From the human T2T-CHM13v2.0 reference genome, Homo sapiens: DNA of 64,000 nucleotides. Below are positions 1-16,459 of this stretch, one piece after another; positions within the stretch are counted from its first letter, which is position 1; each line of letters starts with the position of its first letter. The stretch lies in assembly GCF_009914755.1 (NCBI RefSeq), contig NC_060928.1. The stretch is one strand, 5' to 3'. Made by a program: the position numbers and the translations under genes. The notes beneath the pieces were generated by a model, which made no database searches, had not been told where the DNA came from, and saw only the letters and a list, made by a program, of their open reading frames with translations.

Positions 1-19
1 AGAATACTGATGAAATACG

Positions 20-370
20 TTTGTTTGAGACATAATTTATGTACAATAAAAATTCACCAATTGTAAGCACAGGCTGAATTCTGACAAATGTAGACACTCA
101 CATAACCACTACTACAATCAAAAGCATATCCATTACCCCAGAAAGTTCCCTTGTGTTCCTTTGCAGTAAATGCTCGCACAGTCAGCAACCACTGATCTGC
201 TTTCCGTCACTACAGGTTGGATTTGCCTTTCCCATTATGTCATGTAAATAAAATCATAAATATGTACTCTTTTATCTGGTTTCTTTCACTCACAGGTTTT
301 TAAGATTGATCCATGGTGTTGCATGTATAAACAGGCTATTCTTTTTACTGCCAAATGGTATTCCAATATA
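20..370 (-). mobile_element. Old L1 (L1M) 3' end fragment
   Basis: Resembles antisense L1M 3'UTR (tccattaccccagaaagttccc...). Confidence 0.65.
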
Positions 371-1329
371 TTTTCAAACAAGAGATACACCTCTTCCATA
401 TTATAATCACCATATAACCATACATGTGGAATATATAATTTTTCTAAAAACACATTCATAAAAGACACATTAAAAATGGATAAAACAAAGAAGGTCCAGA
501 TTTTGCAGATACTAAATAATCAAAAACATTTACATTGGATATTTATACTATGAATAAAAATGCCTCTTATTTAGAAGTACGTAATAATAGTATTAATTTT
601 GAAATACTTTAGTTTTAGTTTTATCTTTCTTTTGGGGAATCTCCTTAATTTGATTCATATGATACTGAGCCTCCAGGTCCTTATCAACTATGTAGAAATC
701 AAACAGCCTAACAAGTTAAAATATTTCAAATTCAATGAGGAATAAATATAGAAACTAACATAGAATTTCCTTTAAATCATGGAAAATAAATTGTTTTATT
801 AATCTTCAATGAAAGCATTACAGAAGTTTATAAAGTGATGCAGAAATCTATTCAGTACACAGTATGTAACTTGAAAATTGTCTCAGTTATTAAACATTAA
901 TAAAACTGATTAATACTGTATTAGACATCATAGGAAAAAGCACTTTATTACACAAAAGGGAGAAGAATAAATCATCAAAACTTCAGTGCTAATCACGGAC
1001 TTGATAAAAAAATGCTTGAGATCTGAAGGAGTACAAGTTGATAAGCTTTCTCTTTCCAATCAGGTAAGATGTGAGGTTAGTTATTTTAGAATGGACCAGA
1101 TTCTAAGTCATTCCTGATCATTCAGGAGGTAATAAGTTCTACTTAAAGGTAAGATAAAATTATACTACTAAAAACACTGTATAATCTATATTAATACAAA
1201 TTTGGAAAAAGTTACTCTTAATGAATTATTACTATGATATGAAGAACTTCTGCACCTCAAGAGACTGAAAAACAAATCTATAAATCCAGGGCAGAATGTA
1301 TATGTCTAGATAAAACAAACTTTTATTCA

Positions 1330-1779
<450 letters not shown>

Positions 1780-1796
1780 TCAATGATACAAATTAG

Positions 1797-2380
1797 TGCA
1801 TTCATCTTCTATTGCTGTATAACAAACTATCACAAATTTAGTAGCTTAAAACAATATCTATTTATAATCTCAGTTCCCCTGGCTCAGGAATCTGGGTGCA
1901 TTTAGCTGGGTCCCCTCCTCAGGATCTCACCAGGCAGAAATCAAGGTGTCAGCCAGGGTTACAATTCTCACCTGAGACTCAGGATCTCTTCCAAGTTTAC
2001 TGGTTCTTGGCAGAATTAATTTCCTTGTGGCTGTATGACTAGGACCACAATTTTCTTGCTAGTTGCTCATTAGAGACCACTACTTGTAGAGGTCATCTCT
2101 ACTGTTTTGCCACATGAATGTTTACTATCTTCCAGGTGAGCAGAATTCTCTCTCTCTAATTTCTTTTCCCCTTCCAGTCAGCTATGAAGGAGTCTTATAT
2201 GTTAACGTAACCCTGGGAGAGACCATCCCATCACCACTTGCCATATAACATAACCTAATCAAGTGAGCTGCTATACTACAGTATTTACAGGTACCACTTA
2301 TACTCAAGGGAATGGAATAACACAAGGTGTGTATACCGCGGTTGAGAATCTTGGAGACCATCTTAGAATTCTACCAACTA
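1797..2380. mobile_element. MLT1-family (ERVL-MaLR) solo LTR
   Basis: MLT1-type ends ctattgctgtataacaaactatcacaaattt... and ...ttagaattctaccaactaca. Confidence 0.75.
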
Positions 2381-3214
2381 CAAATAGAGATATGTATAGG
2401 ATGCTGTATGAATAAAAGAGGAAGTATAAGATTCAGACTGGCAGAACAAAGAAAGGAAAGGGAAATTACTATAGAAGCCCTTGCCAGACAGGTTCCAGGC
2501 ACTGTTCTTGGAAAAAAAACTTTTTTTTTTTTTTAAATCAAGAAACCAAAGCTCAGAAAAGTTCAGTAATGTGCCCAAGGTTAAATAGGGTGGATCTACC
2601 CAGAAGGAATGTTTAGATTAACTCATCTATGTAACTGGTTATTTAGCTAAATGGATGGAGGTGGGACGTGAGGGTGAGGAGGGATGGAGAGTGCTATTAA
2701 GTAAAAGGAAACACAAGTGCAAAGACAAAGAGATTTGGCAAACCACATATAGTAATGAAACTACAAATATGGTCTTCATTTCAGCATGAATAGAGCATAC
2801 AGTATGTGGTAGGGAATGGATGGTGATGAAGTTGGAGAGACAACAGGGATCAGATTAAGAAGCATCTTCTGAGAACTTAATCTTCAAGGCTACATGAAAT
2901 TACAGAACGATTTTAGGCTGCAGTGTCATGAATTGTACATAATTTTTAAAAATTCCTGACAGGAATAATGTTATCATAGTCTTCACAAAAAACTTTTAAA
3001 GCAATTTTGAGTATAGTCACATAACAGCAACACAAGTTACATATCAGATACATGCAGGAAAGCTAAGTATTCATAATAAATGTTAAAGAATTCTAGGTAA
3101 AAATTAATTGTACACTAAAGAAAGAAAGAAAATCCCAAGTACATGCATTTTATAGAACAAGGTGGAACTGGAGGGGAAAATGGTAGTATAACCATATTGG
3201 TATAAAATGCCTAC

Positions 3215-3289
3215 CTTTACTTCACCACTTCCACCAGCACTTAGCACATTTCTCCATCCTTGTTCCCTGGCCCTATTTATTCTTTCCAA
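3215..3289 (-). CDS. NEK1: NEK1 coding exon c.1192-1266 ([25 protein letters not shown])
   Basis: 75 nt; acceptor ttttccccaaag, donor AAG|gtaggc. Confidence 0.96.
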
Positions 3290-3421
3290 CTTTGGGGAAA
3301 AGAAATAAACAAAACACCATTTCAAGTATTTAATATAAAATACACGTAATACATTTAGCAATAAACTGAAAATCAGTGTATTCCTTAAGAAAAAAGTATA
3401 TTTAATAGATTATCCTCTTAC

Positions 3422-3472
3422 CCTTTCCTTTTCTTGCCTTTTCATTTGTTCAGCCTTCATTAAACTAATAAT
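3422..3472 (-). CDS. NEK1: NEK1 coding exon c.1141-1191 (IISLMKAEQMKRQEKER)
   Basis: 51 nt; acceptor ttgttacag, donor AGG|gtaaga. Confidence 0.96.
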
Positions 3473-3566
3473 CTGTAACAATTTTAAAGACAAGCTTCTT
3501 ACAACTCTTGAACCTATTATCACTTAACAACTTGCCAAAGGTAGAAAAACAAGAGCAAAAAACTAC

Positions 3567-3626
3567 CTGATCCTTTTGTTTCTTTTCTTTTTCAATAAAT
3601 TCCAGCCTTCTCTTTCTTGCTGCTTC
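3567..3626 (-). CDS. NEK1: NEK1 coding exon c.1081-1140 (EAARKRRLEFIEKEKKQKDQ)
   Basis: 60 nt; acceptor tttttatttaag, donor CAG|gtagtt; peptide is inside ORF 3465..3647. Confidence 0.96.
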
Positions 3627-3870
3627 CTTAAATAAAAAAAAGAACATTTTAATCCATAATAATTCCTGTTTTTTCTAGTTTCATCAGGAAAGTTAGTACA
3701 CCAATGGCAGAGGTATGTTCAATGAGGTTTTTTTTTAAAAAAAAAAAGAAGTTATAGGTATTCGTTTGAAAGAAATAAGGAAAGGTTTGGAGGCTTTATA
3801 GTAAGATTTTGTTTCTTTTTTAAAATTATGTTTGCAAAGCTTTAAAATAACCAGACAGATGTCTTTATAC

Positions 3871-3930
3871 CTCAGATATTTTCCTCCTTTCTTCTCCAGT
3901 ATTCACTCTCTTCTCTGGAGTTTGATGGGC
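3871..3930 (-). CDS. NEK1: NEK1 coding exon c.1021-1080 (AHQTPEKRVNTGEERRKISE)
   Basis: 60 nt; acceptor tttttgtccag, donor GAG|gtataa. Confidence 0.96.
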
Positions 3931-4812
3931 CTGGACAAAAAGTAAAACTACAAATTAAATAAAGATTTTGAGGCACTTATTTGAAAATCCCAAATTTACA
4001 GAAATTTAAGATAAGAAAAAGGTAAAGTCAATACTTCCATAACTCTCTTCCAAATTACATTATCTTAAAAAAAAAAAATCGTAGTCTTTGATATGCTGTT
4101 AAACAAAGAGAAACATTAGATTCAAAGAAACTGTGGAAAAGGGTCCTTCCCCAATCATCAACTAAACAGTTTTGTGTTCAGGTATGGATGTTTAAGTTTT
4201 CCAATATTATCATAGACTATCATTTGAAAAGCCCAATGATGGAGATAATTTTTTTAAAAAAATTAGTGACACAATATATATTCAGTATATAAAATTCAAA
4301 CAAGATTAAAAATTTAGGGTCTATTTTGCTCTCCACCTCCAGAGTAACGGTAACCACTGTTAATATTTTCATTAGTGTCCTTCAGAGATTATTTTTGTAC
4401 TTATATATACAGTTCAACTATATACATACAACAATTTTAGCTATGATTTTTACATACATGTAATATTAATGTGTTAATAAAATGACTTTAATTTTTAAAA
4501 TTTCAATAGCTTTAGGGGTACAAGTGGTTTTTGGTTACATGGACGAAATGCATAATGGTATATATTAGATATTTACATTTCTTCTTTTATATACTGTTTA
4601 CCTAACTTTGGGGTTGTTAATGGACTCATACAATATATATTCTTTTGTATCTTGCTTTTGCTCAACACTGTTTTCAAGGTTCATTCATGTTATTATTTAT
4701 ATCTGCATCTGTTTTCTTCATGGATATATAGCATTCTATTAATTTTGATTCCTTTCTTTCACAATTATCTTATACTTTACTCATTAGGTCTATTCTAAAG
4801 TATTTGGGGGCG

Positions 4813-5116
4813 GGACTGATGTGGTAGCTCACACCTGTAATCCTAGCACTTTGGGAGGCCAAGATAGGAGGACTGCTTGAGCCTAGGAGTTTGAGACCAG
4901 CCTGGATAACATAGTGAGTCCCCATCTCTACAAAAAATTTTTAAAAATTAGCCAGGCATGTGGCCCGCACCTGTTGTCCCAGCTACTCAGGAGGCTGAGG
5001 TGGAAGGATCTCTTGAGCCCAGGAGGTAGAGGCTACCATGAGCCATGATCACATCACTATACTCCAGCCTGACAGAGCGAGATCCTGTCTCAAAAAAAAA
5101 AATAAAAATAAAAAAA
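4813..5116 (+). mobile_element. AluJ
   Basis: Diverged dimer; TSD aagtat(t/c)tggggg. Confidence 0.92.
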
Positions 5117-5139
5117 TCAAGTATCTGGGGGGTTTGTGG

Positions 5140-5830
5140 GTAATTCTTTCCATTTATTTTCTAATCATTTATTTTTTACATGTTGCCCTTCCATCAGGCC
5201 ACTTTATTTAATTTATTAATAGTTTAATGCTGCTTCACCACGATTTTCTAGGTAGGTAATCATATCAAATGTAAATACGATATGTCTATGTTTTCTCTCC
5301 TCTTCCAATATTTACATTTCTTTCCTTTTAATTGCTCTAGCTAGAACCTCTGGCATAATTTAACGATGGCAATGACAGCAAATCCCTCTGTCTTGTTCCT
5401 GACTTTAATGATAATGCTTCCAATGTTTCATCATTATGTACAAAGCCTGCCATAGGTTTCAGGTGTGTATACATACTGTATTAGAACTTACCTTCTGTTT
5501 CTTGAATCAAACTTTTAAAAACAAAAGTTAGTGTTAAGTTTCACCGAATTTTCAGCATCTACTGAGATGATTTTTATATGGTTTTCTTCTCTAATCTGCT
5601 AATGCAGTAAAATTACAGTAACTGGTTTTCTACTGTTGAAACGTCCCTGTATTGCTGTAATAAATCCTATTTGATAATTATTACATTATTTTTTGATAAA
5701 ATGCCTGATTTTCCCCTTTTTAAGTCCTTTTCTTTTTTCCAGGATTTCTGCATATGTTCTTACAAGTGATCTACAGTTTTGTTTTACCCTGTGTTAACTA
5801 CACAATTTTGTAATCAAGGTTAAGCCTAAT
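5140..5830 (-). mobile_element. Old L1M fragment
   Basis: Antisense L1 ORF2-like (tgtcttgttcctgactttaatg...). Confidence 0.6.
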
Positions 5831-6919
5831 GTATGATCAATTTTTCAAACAATTCTAACTACAATTCTATATACCAAAAAAGATAAAAATTTATAGAAAA
5901 GTTTAAGTTATTCTATCATGTACCAGTGTTTACATTTTTCAGCCACCTTAAAAAAAGATTTAAAAAGCATACTGTACAATTTTTCACCTACACTGGATTT
6001 CAATACAAAGGAAAGCAGACATTACTTAAAAAAATTACTTGGGAAAAATATTTTGATGGTCATTTACATTATTAGTAAAATAATCCAGCATTTGATTATA
6101 TCATTAAAAGTTGTCTCTACTAACAATTCCATTTTAACAGCAGCTATATTTTAACATAAGTCATTGATATAAAATTAGTTTTATATATTATCCTGTGCTT
6201 CAGTTTTCTAAATTATGTAGAATGACCATAACAGATAGGCACTAAAATTCTAACCCTGAAAAGCAAATTCAAAATATTACAAAATAAACATGACCCTCAC
6301 ATCATTTTTGAAATAAATGTGTCACCATATATTAAAAAATTAGAAAGGCATACAAAAATTTACTTTCACTGAAAACAATTCAAGAGGATAACATTTCTGC
6401 TTTAGAAAGCAATGGTATAATTTAAACTGCATATTTCTTTCTAATGAAACACAACTATTTTACTTCAATGAATATATTATTGAGTATGAGACCAGGAAAA
6501 TGCTGATATCTAAAATATGTAATACCACCCAATGGGTTAATAAACTTATAAATGATAATAATGAGTCTTTTGTAATGTGCTTTGGCATTTTAATTAAATG
6601 ATCATAAGCCAATTTTATTGGTATGTTTTAACTCAAGGCTATAGCAACAAAGTGATAAGCGGTACTAAATCTCACACCTGATTCCACTCTTATGACTAAC
6701 TAAAGAATGCATTTACTCTCTGACAAAATAACCCAAGCAGTGGGTTCTTAGAACTATCCCACACCCTCACTGTATTATTAGTTCCTAACTCCTAACCTCT
6801 AATTTTGGCTAGTTATTTCAATTCAACTCTTACTTAAGCTAACCATTTACGTTACCACTTTACCTCAGAAAAGACATTAGAGTTGATGAGATAAAAACAA
6901 TACTGAAATATTTAAAGAA

Positions 6920-7150
6920 CATTAGCTTTCAAACTTTTTCTAAAGGCGACCCACAATAAGAAATATATTTCCCATCTGGACTCAGGAAGATACATACACA
7001 CCCCTAAGTTTCATAAAATATCTTCACTATATGTATAGCAGACCCTGCTACTTTCTATCACTTGAAACAAACAAACAAAAAATTCCCTGCTCTTTGCCCA
7101 CTACAATGTTTTTGCCACCACTAATGGATAGCAACCCCTTGTTTTAAAAT
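6920..7150. mobile_element. hAT-Charlie-type DNA transposon remnant
   Basis: tttcaaactttt...gcgacccacaataagaaatat start typical of Charlie MITEs. Confidence 0.5.
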
Positions 7151-7329
7151 AATTATGAGAGATCTCTGGGGGCACTATTGTTGAAGAACAAGAAATAAAA
7201 ATTGTAGATAATGCTCCTCATAGTATCATTACAAAAACACAGTTAACATTTCAAGGTATGTTCTATGTATACAGAATTTAAACAGTGGGGAACGTTACCC
7301 AGAAGCTTTGTAAAAATACATATTCCTTC

Positions 7330-7722
7330 TATACAAACGAATATTTGGCAACAAAAAGAAAATGAAGTACTGATACATGCTACAACATAGATCAACTGTG
7401 AAAACATTATGCTGAGTTAAAGCAGCCAGTCACAAAAGACCACATACTATATGATTCCATTTATATAAAATGTTCAGATTAAGCAAATCTGTATAGAAAC
7501 AGAAAGTAGATTAGAGGCTGCCTAGGGCTGCGGGGTTGGGGGAAGAATGGGGAGTGGCTGCTAATGGAAAAAGGATTTCCCTTGGGGTGATAAAAATGTT
7601 CTAAAATTGACTGTGCAGATCGTTATGCAACTCTATAAATACATAAAACCATTTAATTGAAAACTTTTAATGGCTGAATTACGTACAGTATGTGAATTAT
7701 ATCTCAATAAAGCTATTTTTTA
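7330..7722 (+). mobile_element. L1MB-type 3' end, inserted within a MER5-like remnant
   Basis: gaagtactgatacatgctacaaca...tctcaataaagct; flanking repeat aaatacatat(t)cc. Confidence 0.8.
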
Positions 7723-8556
7723 GAAATACATATCCCAAGAGTTACTAAATCATAATCTTTGGACATAGAGCCCTACATTCCATATTTTGACATGCTGCAC
7801 AGGTTAACTTTAGTAGCCAGTCTAGCACCATTCTCAAAATTTGTGAACTACAACACCAAACAATTAAGCAATTTAAAAACATTAATACAGCAACTTAATA
7901 TAAATAACTGGATTATATATATATTACACAATAGTGTGGAATAAGAAGAGAATGTTTACATATTCATATACTCTTGGGTAAGTTACATAAAGGCCAAGAT
8001 TGTATTCATCTTCTAATGGTTCATATTGCCTTACATATAAGATATTCAAATATTTATGAAATGAAAATACTAAGCTGTTCCTCTAAGATCACACAGGTAT
8101 TTTCAGAACACTATTTCTATAGTGAAGAGAATAATACGAAACACAAAACATCCACACTGAGAGAACTGTTTGTGTTCTTTTTAAAAATCACAGCCAAAGT
8201 ACTGAAGTATAACATAATATATTCAAGGAGCTCCCTCTGGTGGCTTAATGGCCACTCCTTTGCTTTAACAGAGCCTTTAAAAAAAAACCTATGACTTACA
8301 GGAACTGGAGCAAAAAAAAGTCTCACAATACATGAATATTTTGTGGACAGGTTGAATAATAACAACTTAATGCACATTAGCTTAAATTTGTGCAATTAAA
8401 ACATGACAGTATCTTAAGTGGTTAAAGCTTTCCTTTTTCAGGCTTGAAGTTAAAAATTCTAACGGGCCATTGTGAATTTCAACCTAAAAGATGCTTTAAT
8501 TTCCAGGGGGAAAAGAAGTCTTTTAAAAAAATGAGATAAAAAAAAATCAAGGGAAA

Positions 8557-8842
8557 GGCCGTGTGTGGTGGCTCATGCCTGTAATCCCAGCACTTTGGGA
8601 GGCCGAGGTGGGTGGATCACTTGAGCCCAGGAGTTTGACAATAGCTTGAACAACATGGCAAGACCCCGTCTCTACAAAAAATAGCTGGGTGTGGTAGTAT
8701 GCACATGTAGTCCCAGCTACTTGGGAGGCAGAGGTGATTGCTTGAGCCTGGGAGGTGGAGGTTGTAGTGAGCCAAGATTGCACCACTGCACTATGGCTTG
8801 AGTGTAGTGAAGGTCCTGTCTCAAAAAAAAAGAAAAAAAAAA
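8557..8842 (+). mobile_element. AluJ
   Basis: Dimer; TSD aaaaaaatcaagggaaa. Confidence 0.93.
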
Positions 8843-9131
8843 TCAAGGGAAAAACCTATATTTACAATCATGCAAAAATCATATTTAAAATACTTCAGAA
8901 ATCTGGGGTTTATTTTCTTTTAATTCTTTTGTTAGAAGATTTGAAAAACTTTCCACACAATCGACTGCCGTTTCTTTTTTTTCCTACTTACTTTTTCTTT
9001 TCTTCAAATGTTTTTTTCATTGTGGTAAAATACATAAAACAAAATTTATCATTTTAACCATTTTTAAGTGTGCAGTTCTGTGGCATTAAATACTTTCACA
9101 TTGTTGTTCACAGAAACTTAGTTTTAAGTGA

Positions 9132-9429
<298 letters not shown>

Positions 9430-10394
9430 AGTGAAATGTTTTTAAAATAAGCTATATAATACTTCAAGGGCTGATTATTATTTAGTTCTCAATGGTCTAG
9501 CTCAGACCATACTTGTCTGCCTGATGAAGTTTGAGGGCAACGACTCTGCCTGAAATTCAAAACATTTATAACTACCATCTGAATCATTTGCCTATGATTC
9601 AGAATATTTGATAGTAGAGATATTATTCAGAATATTATTAACTGAAATCTGAAAATTCCAAAGCATGCTGCTTTTATATACTGAATATTAATGGAAAATA
9701 AGGAAAACATTAAGAAAACCAACACATTACTTGATTCTATCAGCCATATGAAGAAACAGATTATACACTTGGCTACAATCCTACCCAAACACTAGGGACT
9801 TTCTATGATATCATTTATCCAGATTCACCAACAGTTCTGATCTCTCCATTCAGTCAGGCTGATACATGGCCAAGAGATAAGGCAACTCGCTTCTACAAGT
9901 CCACTCGAGCGTGTATTCCTTACAGACATAATGACGTAAAGATACAAACACTCCCAACTTCCCATCTCTCTCTACCCCCACAATGGTAGTTTTATTCCAT
10001 GGGAAGACAGAGAATTCCATGTGTATATATTCCAAACATTAAAATGGATTACATTTGTAAACCATTTAGAATAAATAAGCATCTTAAAAATGGTCCATGA
10101 AATAAATTTACTTTGAATTCATATTTCACTGAACTCTATTAGAAAACATAAAACATATTTCCAAAGAAATTTTGATCCACGGCACATTTTTTTAAAAAAG
10201 GACATTTATAAGAATCCAACCCACCTGACTGATTTCATACCAATGAAATACAACTACTGATAATCACAAGTAAAAATATACAAAAAGTATATATAACACT
10301 AAGTAAAAACACTAGAACACAAAATTATCTATAAACTTTCTGAGCTATATTAAAAATACGGGCAATATATATTTGAATATAAATAGGAAGGCCC

Positions 10395-10774
<380 letters not shown>

Positions 10775-11156
10775 TTATTATATAAAACTCTTAAAAGCAC
10801 ACTAAAAGTTATAGCAAGTTTATTAAAATACATACTTCACAGAAAAAAATTACAGATCAAAGTTATACTACTCAAATTACTTCAAAGAACCAAATAACTT
10901 TAATAAAGTCTCTATTTCAAGAATTAGATATGTATGTACAGAATCAATTTCAAATGTTCTAGAGCTTCCTTTTCATTACCTCAACCTGAAGTAGTTTTTT
11001 TACATTAGATTTTATTTTTAAAAATGGATACATAATAAATGTACATATTTATGGGATAGATGTGATATTCTGACACATGCATACAATGTGTAATGATCAA
11101 ATAAGAGTAACTGGGATATCGTCAGCAGCTGCTTTTAAACATTAAGAATAAAAGCT

Positions 11157-12953
11157 CTCTCCCTCTCCCTCTCCCTCTCTCCCTCCCTCCCTCTCTCCCT
11201 CCCTCCCTCTCTCCCTCTCTCCCTCTCTCCCTCTCCCCATGGTCTCCCTCTCCCTCTCTTTCCACAGTCTCCCTCTGATGCCGAGCCGAAGCTGGACTGT
11301 ACTGCTGCCATCTAGGCTCACTGCAACCTCCCTGCCTGATTCTCCTGCCTCAGCCTGCCGAGTGCCTGCGATTGCAGGCGCGCGCCACCACGCCTGACTG
11401 GTTTTCGTATTTTTTTGGTGGAGACGGGGTTTCGCTGTGTTGGCCGGGCTGGTCTCCAGCTCCTAACTGCGAGTGATCCGCCAGCCTCGGCCTCCCGAGG
11501 TGCCGGGATTGCAGACGGAGTCTCGTTCACTCAGTGCTCAATGGTGCCCAGGCTGGAGTGCAGTGTCGTGATCTCGGCTCGCTACAACCTCCACCTCCCA
11601 GCCGCCTGCCTTGGCCTCCCAAAGTGCCGAGATTGTAGCCTCTGCCCAGCCGCCACCCCGTCTGGGAAGTGAGGAGCGTCTCTGCCTGGCCGCCCATCGT
11701 CTGGGACGTGAGGAGCCCCTCTGCCTGGCTGCCCAGTCTGGAAAGTGAGGAGCGGCTCTGCCCGGCCGCCATCCCATCTAGGAAGTGAGGAGCGCCTCTT
11801 CCCGGCCGCCATCCCATCTAGGAAGTGAGGAGCGTCTCTGCCTGGCCGCCCATCGTCTGAGATGTGGGGAGCGCCTCTGCCCCGCCGCCCCGTCTGGGAT
11901 GTGAGGAGCGCCTCTGCCCGGCTGCGACCCCGTCTGGGAGGTGAGGAGCGTCTCTGCCTGGCCGCCCCGTCTGAGAAGTGAGGAGACCCTCTGCCTGGCA
12001 ACCGCCCCATCTGAGAAGTGAGGAGCCCCTCCGCCCAGCAGCCACCCCGTCTGGGAAGTGAGGAGCGTCTCCGCCCGGCAGCCACCCCGTCCGGGAGGGA
12101 GGTGGGGGTCAGCCCCCGCCAGGCCAGCCGCCCAGTCTGAGAGGGAGGTTGGGGGGTCAGCCCCCCACCAGGCCAGCCGCCCAGTCTGGGAGGGAGGTGG
12201 GGGGGTCAGCCCCCCGCCCGGCCAGCCGCCCCGTCCGGAAGGGAGGTGGGGGGGTCAGCCCCCCGCCCGGCCAGCATACCCGTCCGGGAGGGAGGTGGGG
12301 GGGTCAGCCCCCCGCCCGGCCAGCCGCCCCGTCCAGGAGGTGAGGGGTGCCTCTGCCCGGCCGCCCCTGCTAGGAAGTGAGGAGCCCCTCTGCCCGGCCA
12401 CCACCCCATCTGGGAGGTGTGCCCAGCGGCTCATTGAGAACCAGCTATGATGACAGTGGCGGTTTTGTGGAATAGAAAGGGGGGAAAGGTGGGGAAAAGA
12501 TTGAGAAATCGGATGGTTGCCGTGTCTGTGTAGAAAGAAGTAGACATGGGAGACTTTTCATTTTGTTCTGTACTAAGAACAAATTCTTCTGCCTTGGGAT
12601 CCTGTTGATCTGTGACCTTACCCCCAACCCAGTGCTCTCTGAAACATGTGCTGTGTCCACTCAGGGTTAAATGGATTAAGGGCGGTGCAAGATGTGCTTT
12701 GTTAAACAGATGCTTGAAGGCAGCATGCTCATTAAGAGTCATCACCACTCCCTAATCTCAAGTACCCAGGGACACAAACACTGCGGAAGGCTGCAGGGTC
12801 CTCTGCCTAGGAAAACCAGAGACCTTTGTTCACTTGTTTATCTGCTGACCTTCCCTCCACTATTGTCCTATGACCCTGCCAAATCCCCCTCTGCGAGAAA
12901 CACCCAAGAATGATCAATAAAAAAATAAATAAATAAATAAATAAATAAATAAA
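11157..12953 (+). mobile_element. Full-length SVA retrotransposon (probably SVA_D-like), antisense to NEK1
   Basis: CT hexamer head ~11157-11238, Alu-like region to ~11620, GC-rich VNTR to ~12420, SINE-R to ~12915, AATAAA and (AAAT)n tail; TSD AAGAATAAAAGCT at 11144-11156 and 12954-12966. Confidence 0.97.
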
Positions 12954-12966
12954 AAGAATAAAAGCT

Positions 12967-13048
12967 TAGCCTGGTTGCGGTGGCTCATACCTGTAATCCC
13001 AGAACTTTGGGAGGCCAAGGTAGGTGGATTACTTGAGGCCAGGAACTA
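12967..13048 (+). mobile_element. Alu 5' fragment, 3'-truncated
   Basis: Alu left-arm head stops abruptly at gaggccaggaac. Confidence 0.85.
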
Positions 13049-13059
13049 TTTGCCAGGAA

Positions 13060-15350
<2,291 letters not shown>

Positions 15351-15609
15351 GAAAATAGAAACAAAGAGGGGGAATAAAGGAAGTTATTAGGATTCATGGA
15401 TCCAAATGGGACAGATGTTTTGGAGGCAGACTCCTAAAGAAGTAAGCTAGAAACACAGGAAGTGGTGATCAGGGAACGGGATGATTATAAATGAGGCTAA
15501 GAAAGAGTTGTTATTATTGATAATAAAAATTTTAATGGCATGGCCATAGGTGAGAGTTTCAAGTTAAAGTGGGAGACAAGATATTTGAAAGAGAATGATC
15601 AAGAAAATA

Positions 15610-15920
15610 AGCCAGGCACGGTGGCTCATGCCTGTAATCCCAGCACTTTTTGGGCAGCCAAGGCAAGAGCATTGCTTGAGCCCAGGAGTTTGAGACAAGC
15701 CTGGGTAACATAGTGCAACCCCACCACTACAAAAAATAAAAAATTAGCTGGGTGTAGTGGCACTTGCCTGTGGTTCAGCTACTCAGGAAGTTGAGGAGGT
15801 GGATTGCTTGAGCTCAGGAAGTTAAGGCAGCAGTGAGCCATGACCGCACTACTGTCCTCTAGCCTGGGCAACAGAGCAAGACTCTTTCTCAAAAAGAAAA
15901 GAAAAGAGAAAGAAAGAAAA
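15610..15920 (+). mobile_element. AluJ
   Basis: Diverged dimer with (GAAAA)n tail. Confidence 0.9.
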
Positions 15921-16046
15921 TGAAAACAAAAGGCCATGTTCTATAGGAAGTATCATCTTTTTTTATACTAAAACTGTAAAGAATTATGACAATATTGGAA
16001 GGAGTGACAGTGAGTCAGGTGTTAAACTCTTCAAAAGACAAGGGTT

Positions 16047-16459
<413 letters not shown>

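Noticed and set aside
3290-3421. 132-nt intron (multiple of 3) as a possible in-frame retained intron
   Set aside because: Reads GTA AGA GGA TAA, so a stop occurs at the fourth codon
5486-5494. Consensus donor AAG|GTAAGT on the NEK1 strand
   Set aside because: Inside an old L1 fragment with no convincing acceptor at exon-like distance
11318-12913. Many overlapping 60-167 aa ORFs
   Set aside because: All lie within the SVA's Alu-like, VNTR and SINE-R regions; GC-rich repeats lack stops
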